The translations under genes and the position numbers were made by a program. Source: Torpedo marmorata (Eukaryota). From it: 64,000 bases of DNA. Positions 50,301 to 61,614 of this stretch are shown one piece after another. The notes under the pieces were generated by a model. That model had not been told where the DNA came from and did no database searches. It was given only the letters and a program-made list of their open reading frames with translations. The DNA lies in contig OZ360226.1 in NCBI GenBank assembly GCA_977017645.1, positions 24,118,001-24,182,000 on the forward strand. Direction: 5' to 3'. Each line of letters opens with the position of its first letter. The first letter of the stretch is position 1.

Positions 50301-50685
50301 GGAGACATTGTGATTATTATGGATGATTCAACTCTAAGAAACTCCTGGTTACTTGGAAAAATTATTGAGACTATTCAGGACAAAAGGGGACGTGCGTCAA
50401 GTTCGAATTAAAACTAAGACTGGCTTTCTAAATAGACCTATTAACAAGGTCAGCCTTCTGTTGGAGACGGAGGAACTTTGATAAATACAAACTGACTTTA
50501 TTTGTTGTATACTTCACAGGTTACAGAGTTTTGTTGATTCAGAGTTATGGCAAACTCTGGTCTTATGAAGAAAGAAGAAAGAAGATTTGTATATTGTTTG
50601 AATGTTATATGGTTATTGTTATTTATAATTGATTGTGTAATTATTATTTAAGACATTGCGTCTAATTATAATAATTAGGGGCCGG

Positions 50686-51253
50686 TGTAAGTGCTGTAAG
50701 CTTAGTTACTTACCTTGATTGCGGCGTTCCGATGGTCTCGGCGGGTTTCAGAGGAGACGCGGAGGTTAGTAGGCCGTGCTGGGCCTATTTAGTACTCTGC
50801 GCATGCGCAGGAGTGCCAACGGGCACATGCACAGTTGGGAATTGACAGCAGTGTGCGCGGTGGGGTATGCACAGTGGAGTATGCGCGGTGGAGTATGCAC
50901 ATTGAGCATGCGCGAATCGGGGAAAAAGAATTAGAAAAAGATGGCGATGGAGGAGGGTGAGTGAGATCGCCATATCTTTCATTGACCATTTTAAAGTCAT
51001 TTAAAGATGTTTCATTGATGGTTTAAAGACATTTTAAAGTAATCATTTAAAGGAATTTATTAAACATCGTTTTCAAGAACTGTTTATATTTTGTTTAAAG
51101 AAGATATTTAAGTCATTGAAGATTGCTACAAGTCACGTGTGTAAATAAATTTTTTGTTAACATTTTGGATGTTAGTAAATTAATTGAAACGCGTCAAGAA
51201 CAAATATCTCACCTAGCCTCCAAGTGACTATTTGTTGGATTGAAGTCACTATA
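50686..51253 (+). repeat. 3' LTR of BEL copy 3
   Basis: TGTAAG...CACTATA; matches 44602-46077 minus the L1 insert. Confidence 0.95.
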
Positions 51254-52829
51254 ATTGCTTTGTTTTTCAGCCTGTAACACATTGCCCTTATTTTAATTTC
51301 TGAGGAGGTCGACAGGGAACACCACATCGGTAATCCACTGCCCATTTCAGAGAATACATTCGCATGGCGCTTTCATTTGCTTGCGCAGAAAGGAGCCGGG
51401 ACATGTTCGAGTTCTTAGCCCGTGTATTAAGAGTGGATTTTATCTTATATTTATTTCAAAGAAGCACGATACATGAAGGCCAAATCAGATCAAACAGTTT
51501 TGTTAACATTAGTTTTCCAGTACTCTCACCCCCATGCAACTGTATTTGAATAGAAAATAAAATTACCTGAAGTGTATGGGTTATTTATACTTGCCTGCGT
51601 TATGATTACAATTGTTGCAATTAACGCTATAACGACATTTGGGTACATAGCTACAGATAGAAGGCAAGCAAATGCCGGCATGGACAACTTTGCCAAGTTT
51701 TTGCTGTGAAACCTCCGTCACTCCATGACTAAATATCGTGTCAATACAGGCGCACACCAATCGTATGCCAGAAAAACATCATTGCGCCGTCAATGGGCAG
51801 TTAATGAAACCCGTTTCCAGACCAAAAAATTATGGAATCAACATCGAGTACACAGCCCATTCCATTTTTTAAAATGCTTATGCCTTCATGGATATTAGCC
51901 TTTGCTGTTATTTGTGTAGGTATGTATCAATGTCTCCAACACCAACCCCTCCCCCCTTGTTTTTTGATTTCAGTGAATAGGTGAAAGCCAATCGACAGGA
52001 GCGTTGAAAGCTACAAGTTGTTGCAATTTTAAAATACTTTTAATATTGTGGCTTAGTTCCCTTTGGCATCTTTAAAGTAACATTTCTATTGTATTTGTTG
52101 TATCTCTTATTTCTATTGTTGTATCTCTTATTTCTATTTCTATTGTTCTATTGTCCCTTACCTCCGGGCCCCTAGGCTTCAGCCTACTCAGCTTAATGGT
52201 TAATCTGCCACTGCATCCGACAATTTATCCTGAGACACTTCTGCCAACTTCAGCATGATCCCACCACTGACCACATCTTCCTCTCCCTACTCTCTGAGAC
52301 TCCCTCGTCCACTCTTCCCTCCCCACACTTCTTTCCACCCCCTTAGACACTTCCCGCTGTAACCACAGAAAGTGTAAAACTTGTCCCTACATCTTCTACC
52401 TCACTTCCATCCGGGTCCACACACAGACCTTTCAGGTGAGGCAGAGCTTTACCTGCACATCGTCCAACCTGATCTGCTGTATTCGGTGTACTCGGTGCGG
52501 CATCTACTTTGGTGAGACCAAATGATTATTGGGTACCCGCTTCACTGAACACTTGCACTCTGTCTATGGGTCCAAGCTTGAACTCCTGGTAGCCAACCTG
52601 TTTCAGTCCCTCAAACAATTCCCACGTTGAAATGTCTGTCCTCGGCCTCCTCTACTGCCAGGGTGAGGCCAAATGTAAATTTGAGGAACAACACATCATC
52701 TTTCTCCTAGACTGCTTTAACCCAACATCACAAACATTGATTTTTAAAATTTTAAGTAACCCACCCCCCCCCATCTGGATCCAATATTTCCATCTCTGCT
52801 TTAACTAGTCTTGTTCTTACTCCCCTAAG

Positions 52830-53250
52830 CTCAAGTTTATGTTCAAGTTTATTATCATCTGACTGTATATATACAACCTGACAAAACAGCGTTTCTCCAG
52901 ACCACTGTGCACACACATACACTCACAATACACAGCACATAATAATCACATATATACATAGAGATATAATTTAAAATAAATATATATAAATATTTTTGGA
53001 TGATTTACTCGGTTACAGGATACTATTCATCAATCTCACAGCCTTTTCCCAGCCTGGCAGCCCTGATTTTGATGCTCCTGTACCTCCTTGATGGTGGTGG
53101 GTCAAAGATACTGTGTGATGGATATGGAAAGGGTCTTCTATAACTCTTTGAGCCCCATTTATGTAGCGGTCCCGGTGAATATCGTCAATAGAGGAAAGGG
53201 AGACACCAGTGATCTTCTCGGCCATTTTGAGGATCCTCTGTATTGCCTTC
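52830..53250 (-). mobile_element. Rex1-type LINE 3' end
   Basis: MAEKITGVSLSSIDDIH..IEDPFH; ttcaagtttattatcat tail. Confidence 0.7.
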
Positions 53251-56179
53251 CCTCATGGTCTCCACTTCCCCCACCTTCTGTCCAACACCCTACCACCTAT
53301 TAGCCCCTCCTCAGTTTCCTCCACCCCCTGCTATATTTGTTATCACCCCTTTGCACTTTAGCCTCGATGAAGGGTCCCAACTCAAAACATTGACTGACCA
53401 TTTCTCTCTATGGACGCTGCCTGACCCAGAGTCCCTCCAGCAGCTCATTGTTTGCTCAAGATTCCTGCATCTGCAATTTTTGTGTTTTTACAATCTCAGA
53501 GAGAGGAGCATATCACTATCATATGACCAAACACAGTCCAGTGATCTGTCAACTTTAAAGTTATTCATAAGAAAGGAGAATTATAATTACAGGTATGCCA
53601 ATAATTTCAGAAGCACAATCAGTAACCAGTGTCCACATCTGTGCATTCATGTTCTCCCTACTGCTCCTGCTTAGACATATACACAACAGCACTTCCCCAG
53701 TTGATACCATCCCCAATTCACATCCCCAAATTGTGTTCAAAGAATGGTCTACACTGCAGAATATTCAGCCTGTCATACAGAATCGGGGAGAGCAGCTGAA
53801 TGTACATAACAGCGTTGCTCAGGGAAATGCATAGATTCTTCCACTCTGCCATTGATATTTACCAGCACAAGCCCTGAAGTGTGTGTGAATTTCTCATATT
53901 ACCTCACAGTAGAAATGCCCATATATAACTAAATTAAAATGAGAATGCTGGAAATACCTGCTGAATATTTACAGCATTCCCTGCTTTTATTTCATATCTC
54001 CAACATCTGCAGTATTCTATTTCTGTAACTAAATTAAACGGCACACTGCCGGAGACAACAGCCAACACTTGACCCTATGACTCTATTCATATTGCCAATT
54101 TGTCATACAACGGTAATACTGCAGCGGCACAGCAGATCCCATAATGCATCATACTAAGGACATCCTTGGAAGCAATCTGTGCCACAGTCCACAGACTGCC
54201 TGTCATTCATGGACAGGGTCTGCAAGAATAGTCCTGGTGAAGACTATTTCTGCTGCTCGTATATACAAGTTGCACCAAATTCTGTACGACTCTCAAAGTG
54301 GTGATGTATCAGCCTGGTAATAGTTTGAAGGCTTCAGTTTGATCAATGACTGCAAAATGGTTAAAAGCTGCCCTGTCTGCTTCATTCATTTACAGCAGCT
54401 CTTAGAGTTTTCATTGAATTATCAGGCACAGCCATTTAAATGAAGTGCATTTTTCTGTTTGTTTTTATTGCAGGGGAAGTTTGTCCAACAGCCTCATGTA
54501 GATTATACTGTATGTTATTCTGTGGCGATATAGATCATCACTTGGCTGTGTCAAGGATTGACATTGGATTAAACTTTCTACTGAATGTCAAAATCCTATA
54601 GTAAAGTAACAAAGATTTTCCTCAAATATATTTATTAAATGAAGGTCAGTGAGAAAGACGTTAAAATGTGAATGACAATATGTTACTTTGATATAGACTG
54701 TTGGTACCACATTCAAACCACATCCACACATGGATTCTCAACTCCGCCCATGAACTACTTTATTTTTCTGTTATCAAGCCCATTGGAGCTTCAGTCAATG
54801 TGTTTCCATAGCTCTGTATCTTCGTGCGCAGGGATCTTTGTATCTCCTTCTCAATGAATCAGTTTTAACCATCATGTGCTCACCCATGGTTTCTCTATTA
54901 TTCATCGGTGGTAATTCTGCATAAAATAAATTTACTCATCACAAATATAGGTAAGTTGAGAAAAGAGAGAGAGGAAGTGAGAGAGAGAGAGAGAGACATA
55001 CAGGGTGAACATGGTTGGTTTGCAGGGGTGTGATAAATGGAAACAAAGACTATTAGAGCTAGAATCTGTCAAGTAATGGTAATAATGGTGTCTGCACTTA
55101 TCACCCTGTAGCTTATCATCTCTTATCATCTCCAACCCTACCCTCCATGACTTATCTTCTTCCTCCTGACCCCCTTTTTTTATCTCAACCCTCTGGCTGC
55201 CACCTGCCAATCAACTGCCTCTGCCTCTCTAATGAGTTTGTCATCCTTCACTCCTCCCTGGCTCACCAATCCGCTACTGGCCTCTGTCCAATCGTCCTAC
55301 CCTATCCTCATTACACTGGCTCTCTCCGCTCTGTGACCTCAGTCTTGATGAAGGGTTCCAACCCGAAACATCGACCATTCTTTCTCTCCCATTGCTCTGA
55401 GTTCCTCCAGCAGGTTGGTGTTTTTTCGTTACAGATTCCAATGTCCGCTTTCTCGTGTGTCCGGAATTTAACTCAAGGTACTGAAGGAGCGTGTGGAGGT
55501 TTGTTGTGACTTTGATATGAAATGGATGTTGCTCAGCAGCAAGACCAGTTGATTCAGTTGACATCTGAGCATGTGGTGAGACACATTGAAGCAGTGAAAT
55601 TAACAGTGGCATGTTCTCAACTGAGGTCATGTGAAGGGAGCTTTGCTTGCTGAGGAAATGGTCCAAGTCAAACAGCTTCAAAGCCAGCCACACTCAGGGA
55701 GAGCAGCTTCTAACTGAATAATATACAAGTGGGCTGGACCATCTGTAGAGGGGTCCTCAATAGGTACTTGTTGACCAGGCAATGATTTCTCTTCATCTTG
55801 ACCTATTTATTACTACCATGCTTTTCTAATCCCACTGAAACTTTATATCTCAGCATTAAAGCATGGAATGCATTAGTGTCAATGTCTGTACATTGACTCC
55901 ACACTGACTGAGTGTGCACTGACTTCCAGCACACCGACTGACTGACTATTGGTTGGCAGCTTACTTGTGCTGAGAATTTTCTGTTTGACCCTGTGCCATC
56001 TATCCATTCATGGGTTGAATAAGAATTGGGGATATTTTTCAAGGAGAGGTATCATTTTAAGGTAAGCTACAAAGCTCCTAGAATGAGAAAGGTGGTAATG
56101 ATCAGATAATCTGCTTTATTGATACCATTGAGAGATTAATAGATGGGCATCAGGGGAAATCTTCTTCGATGCAGTCTCT

Positions 56180-57050
56180 TGAAGTTCTTTGTGACATCTC
56201 ATTTCTGCTCCTTTGAAAGTGGATGGATTGTGTCCACTATTATTGACATTGCAGTGCTCCCTCACCACTTCTGTCCCCTCTCACTGTTACCACCAAGCCA
56301 ATTCTGTATCCTGGTTCCCTTGCCATCTGACCTTCCAGACCAGCCTACCTTGTCAAAACCTGGCTAAAATCCATGTAGACAATGTCTACCATCCTGCCCT
56401 CATCAATCTTCCCAGTCACCTCTTCAAAAGACTCAATCAAATTCGAGGGACATAATTGTATATGCACAAAGGCATGCTGACCACCCCTAATCACTCCTTG
56501 CCTTTCCTAATGCATGTACGTCCTGTCTCTCAGAATCACCTCCAGGAACCTCCCCATGACTGCTGTTAAGCTCACTGACCTGTAAGCCCCTGTTTACAAA
56601 AGTTTACAGCCTTTTGTAAATAACTGTGCAACCCTCCAGTCTGTCAGCACCTCACCCGTGCTCAAAGATGACACAAATATCTCTGCCAAGGCTCTTGCAA
56701 TTTCTTCTCGACCTTCCCAGAATGTCAATGGATAAACTTGATCAGGCCTCAGGGATTTATCTACCTTATACATTTTAAGACTTCCAATACTTCCTCTTCT
56801 GTAAAATGGACTCTCTGCAAGACCTTACAGTTAACTTCCCTGAATTGCCTAATCTCCGCATCTTTCTCCACAGAAAATATAGATAAGACATATTTGTTAA
56901 AGACCTCACCCATCTCCAGTGGTTCCACACGTAGAAGTCCTTGTTGACCTTTAAGGGGCCCTAATCTTTTCTTAGTTATTCTTTTACCTTTACCATATAA
57001 TCTCTTGGAACTCTCCTTGATCCTATCTGCCAGAGCCACCTCATACCCAC
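56180..57050 (-). mobile_element. Degenerate CR1 ORF2 fragment
   Basis: LADRIKESSKR..EMGEVFNKY..EEVLEVLK; RT remnants near 56330-56400. Confidence 0.7.
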
Positions 57051-59400
57051 TCAGATTTCAGATTTATTGTCAGAGTACATACATGACATCACATACAACC
57101 CTGAAATTCCTTTTTCCTGCAGGCGTAGCAGAATTACCACTAATTGGTAGTGCAAAAAATAAACTATACACAGCATAAACATGTAAACAAATAAAAGAAC
57201 TGTAAGCAGATAACAAATGTAAACAAACTGACTGTGCAATACAGAGAGAACAAAAGAAAATCAATAAAGTGCACAAGTAAGAGTCCTTAAATGAGTCTCT
57301 GATTGAGTTTGTCATTGAGGAGTCTGATGGTGGAGGGGTAGCCGTTGTTCCTGAACCTGGTGGTGCGAGTCTTGTGGCACCTATACCTCTTTCCTTATGG
57401 CAACAGCGAGAACAGAGCGTGTGCTGGGTGGTGAGGGTCTTTGAGGATTGCTGCTGCCCTCTGACAGCAGCGTTCCCTGTAGATGTACTCAATAGTGGGG
57501 AGAGTTTTGCTTGTGATGACCTGGGCTGTGTCCATTACCTTTGGGAGGGCTTTACGATCAGGGATATTGGTGTTCCCATACCAGACCGTGATGCAGCCGG
57601 TCAGCACACTTTCCACCACACATCTGTAGAAATTTGCCAGGGTTTCTGGTGTCATTCCAAACCTCTGCAAACTCCTGAAGAAGTAGAGGCACTGACGTGC
57701 TTTCTTCACGATGCCATTGGTGTGTTGGGTCCAGGAAAGATCCTCTGAGATAGAGACTCCCAAGAACCTAAATTTGCTCACCCTCTCCACCTCTCATCCC
57801 CAATGATCGCTGGATTGTATACCTCTGGCTTTCCTTTCCTGAAGTCAACAATCAGCTCCTTAGTTTTGGTGACATTGAGATCAAGGTTGTTGTTGGTGCA
57901 CCATTCAGCCAAGTTTTCAATCTCCATCCTGTATGCTGACTCATCCCCTTCCTTTATACAACCCACTACCGTGGTATCATAGGCAAATTTGTAGATGGTG
58001 TTATTGTCGTACCGAGCTACAGTAGTAGGTGTAAAGTAAGTAGAGCAGGGGGCTAAGAACACAGCCCTGTGGTTCTCTGGTGCCGATGGAGATTGTGGAG
58101 GAGAAGTTCTTACCAATCTTCACTGATTGTGGTCTGGAGGTGAGGAAATCCATGATCCAATTACACAGTGGGATGTTAACTCCCAGGTCTTGGAGTTTGC
58201 TGATCAGTTTTGAGGGGATAATGGTGTTAAATGCCGAACTTCATCACTGTTGATGTAAGTGCTACTGGTCGATAGTCGTTAAGGCAGGCTACTGCACTCT
58301 TCTTGGTATGATTGACGCCTGTTTTAAACAGGTGGGCACCAAGCCCTGCTGGAGTGAGATATTGAAGATATCCGTGAATACCTTGGTAAATTGGTCAGCA
58401 CAGATCTTTAATACTCGGCCAGGTACTCCATCTGGGCCGGATGCTTTCCTCCGATTTACTCTCCTGAAGGCAGCACACACGTCATCCTCAGATACGGACA
58501 GGATGGGATCACCAGGGGATGTGGGGGTGCGGAGGGGTGGTTCTTCGCTGTTACTGTCGTCAAATCGGGCGTAGAAGGCGTTGAGTTCCTTTGGGAGAGA
58601 TGCTTTGCCGTCTGCTACTTTACCGGATTTGGTTTTGTAACAGGTTATGGCATTTAGGCCCTGCCACAGCTGTCGGGTGTCCCTTGTTGTTTCCATTTTC
58701 ATCCGGAGTCACCACTTCTCCCGGGAGATAGCTTTCCGCATGCTCCTGCTGTACTGATCTGGATCTCCGGACTTAAATGCCTGTGATCTGGCTCTCAGCA
58801 GGTTCCGGATTTCATTGTTCCTCCAGGGCTTCTGGTTGGGGTAAACCCTGAATGATTTGATGGGGACACACTCATCCACAGCTGTTTTGATAAAGTGTGT
58901 GACAGCCTCGGTGTACGTGTTCAGATCCTCAGCAGAGTTCTTGAACACGCCCAATCCACTGACTCAAAGAAGTCCTATAACCGTTCTTCAGCATCCTGTG
59001 ACCACCTTCTAGCTGTCCTGACCTCCGGAGCCTCTCTTTTTAGACTCTGTCTGTATGAAGGCAGAAGGAGCACAGCCAGGTGATCAGACTTGCCAAAGTG
59101 CGGTCTCGGGAAAGAACGGTAGACCTTCCTTATCTTGGTGTAGCCGTGATCAAGTGTGCTGGGACCTCTGGTACAGCAGGTTACATGCTGGTGGTAGTTA
59201 GGCAGGGTTTTCTTGACAGGCCTGGTTAAAGTTGCTGACTAAGATTTGTAGTGTGTCGGGCTGGGCCGTCTCTTGTTTACTGACCACATCATGCAGCTCC
59301 GCAAGTGCCTTTGTCCTACTCTTGAAAACAGTGTGCCTATGTGGAGGCAAGGACTTGGTCAATGTTTCAAGTCGAGACCCTGCATCAGCATTGAGAGTGA
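57051..59400 (-). mobile_element. Rex1/Babar LINE, 5'-truncated and frameshifted
   Basis: NQKPW, KASGPDGVP, YKFAYDTT, FLGVSISEDLSW, HPAHALFSLLP; tail aataaatctgaaatctga. Confidence 0.92.
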
Positions 59401-60854
59401 AGGGGAAGATAGCCTGTAAAAAGAGCTCTCTCCATATTGACCTGTCAATGCAACATTGCCAATCTATTGCCCCTTCGACACTGTGGGGCTTCCCCAGTAC
59501 TGCTCCATGTGTGCTGTGACACTCTCTCTGCACTACCTCTCCCATGGTGGTGTCCCTCCTCCAAGTGATGAGACACAGAGACTTAGGAGGATTGCCGATA
59601 ACAGATTTACAGAGGGTGGGAACATGGAGTGACTTGAATGTTAAAGAAGGGAACTTTAAAATAGAGGCATTACTTCACCAACAACTAGTGTAGGTCAGTG
59701 AACACGGTGGGAGGAGGGAGTGTGGACAGACGTTGGTGCTACCTTTAACATTGGGGTGAAGGACAGGATGGTGCTGCCTACGAGATGGTCATCAGAGTTT
59801 GGATTATCAGGGAGACGTGGCATGGGAACAATAGTTGAAGTCTGGCAGGTCCTGAGGTGTGAGACATAGCTATGAACTGAGATATTGGTGGAGTCGGAAG
59901 ATGTTAGCAATTGAAAGGCAGTTTTAATGGTGACACAGAAATGTGTAGCTTACATCAGGGTCAGTTATAGCTCAGTATCAAAGTAGGGCAAGAGAATGGA
60001 GTCAGTGGCTGGAGAAACAACGACTCTGGATTCAGTTTTCCCATTATTTAGTTGGAGGAAACATCTGCTCCTTCATTGGCGGAATAATTCATGCAGTCGG
60101 AAGTTAGGGAGAATGGGAGGGTTGAGCGAAGTGGGTCTAGGTAACATCAGCATACATGTGTTTTCAGAGAGCTTATCTGATTCTGTCTATGTTTGAAACA
60201 TCGCAGCTCTATACTTATTGGCTGTAAACTTTCCAGCATGACTACTGGATGCCTGTCTAAGGTTGGTGCCTGGTTGTTGTGCCGGAATTGTTTGCTATTG
60301 ATTTCCTGAGAGACCTAATGTGGGGAAACACTGGCGTGTTGCACACAACACTTGGCGGCAGGTCATTGTATTGGAACTTCTGCTAGTCACTCAAATTCCA
60401 GGTATTGGAACTATCCCAGTTGGGATCACTGTCCTTGGTGCCCAGACTTCTGATCAATGTTCATGGCTGATTCTCCCACTGACCAGAGCAAGTCATGAAG
60501 TGTCCTAAAGGTAAACCACACAGAATATTCTCTCATTGAATAGCGCTCCATTGATGATTAAATGATTAAGCGTCAGGGTGTGTGGTAACTTGATAGAGAG
60601 TCAACAAAGCAGGATCAAAGCTAGGTAATGCTGAGGAGCAGCTGAACACACGAGTGAATATTCCTGACTTTCAAAATAAAGAGGAAATGCGAGTTAGATC
60701 TGATGTAACCTGAGTACAGGTGTAGAGCACACACCTGTCTCCTGACTCCCACTTTAAACCAACTGCACCTTTCTGAATACACCGGTTTAAATTATCAACA
60801 CAACAACATCTGTGCAGTATAGAGAAGATGCAATAAAGGGTGAAAGGAATCATA

Positions 60855-61050
60855 CCAAAACTGGAGCAACACACAAAGTGCTTGAAGAACTCAGCAGGCC
60901 AAGCAGCATCCAGGAAGGCAATAGATAGTTGATGTTTCAGGCCGAAACCCTTCATCGGTAAGAGCAAGAAACCAGCAGACATCCAAATAAAAGGGAGGGG
61001 TAGGGAGAGGAACACTTTCGCAGGTGATAGGTGAATACAGCTAGGTGTGT
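60855..61050 (-). mobile_element. Penelope-derived terminal fragment with hammerhead-like motif
   Basis: Minus strand ccgatgaagggtttcggcctgaaacatcaac..ggatgctgc..ctgctgagttc. Confidence 0.65.
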
Positions 61051-61329
61051 ACCAAATCTGGAGGTTGCAATGATCAGGAGGGATTTATGGGCTGGAAAAC
61101 TTTGCTCGTTAAAGGGAAAATGAAGGGCTGACCTGATAGTGGTTTTTAAGATGGTGGAAAAGTGGAGTATAATAATAAGTCCAGAAAGGGGTTTTAGGTG
61201 AAACCTCTTTATCCCTGAGCAGTGTGAATGTGAAACTTGCTGTCGCATGGAGGTGAATTATAGAGATGTTTTAAAAAGAGGCATGAAGATGAGGAAACAA
61301 AGGAACAGAAGGAGATGTTATTGAGGAAA

Positions 61330-61600
61330 TTAGAACAGGACAGCACAGGAACAGGACCTTTGGCCCACCATGTCTGTGCTGACCATCATGCCAATCTAAC
61401 TAATCCATCTGCCTACACATGGTCTGTATCCCTGCATTCACTACCTGTCCGTGTGTCTGTCTAACTGCTGATTCAAAGTTGCTATTGCATCTAATTCCAC
61501 CACCTTCCCTGGCAGTGAGTTCCAGACACCTACTATTCTGTGTGAAAAAAAACTTGCCTCATAAATCTCCTTTAAACTTTTCCCCTCTCACCTTAATCGT
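61330..61600 (-). mobile_element. CR1 3' end fragment
   Basis: acagcacaggaacagg..cttggcccaccatgtctgtgctgacc CR1-type 3' UTR. Confidence 0.6.
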
Positions 61601-61614
61601 ACTAGTATTTGAGG

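Larger units (their letters stand above)
44602..51253 (+). mobile_element. BEL/Pao-derived non-autonomous LTR element, copy 3 (5-bp TSD ATTGC)
   Basis: LTRs 44602-46077 (with L1 insert) and 50686-51253; ATTGC at 44597-44601 and 51254-51258. Confidence 0.95.
43685..52213. mobile_element. hAT-superfamily DNA transposon (~1.9 kb without nested inserts), 15-bp TIRs, 8-bp TSD CATCCGAC
   Basis: CAGTAGCAGATTAAC ... GTTAATCTGCCACTG; CATCCGAC at 43677-43684 and 52214-52221; no intact transposase ORF. Confidence 0.9.
43490..52760 (+). mobile_element. Penelope fragment split by the hAT insertion (parts 43490-43684 and 52214-52760)
   Basis: SFFNKSGFP on the left; GIY-YIG remnants (ctgatctgctgtattcggtg..tttggtgagacc..gaggaacaacac) on the right. 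Confidence 0.8.

Noticed and set aside
54445-54515. Strong-looking acceptor ttttattgcag with a nearby gtatgt donor
   Set aside because: Would give a ~36-nt exon with no recognisable peptide or partner exons
59420-60100. Possible decayed L2/CR1-type fragment
   Set aside because: Too degenerate to assign family or boundaries by eye
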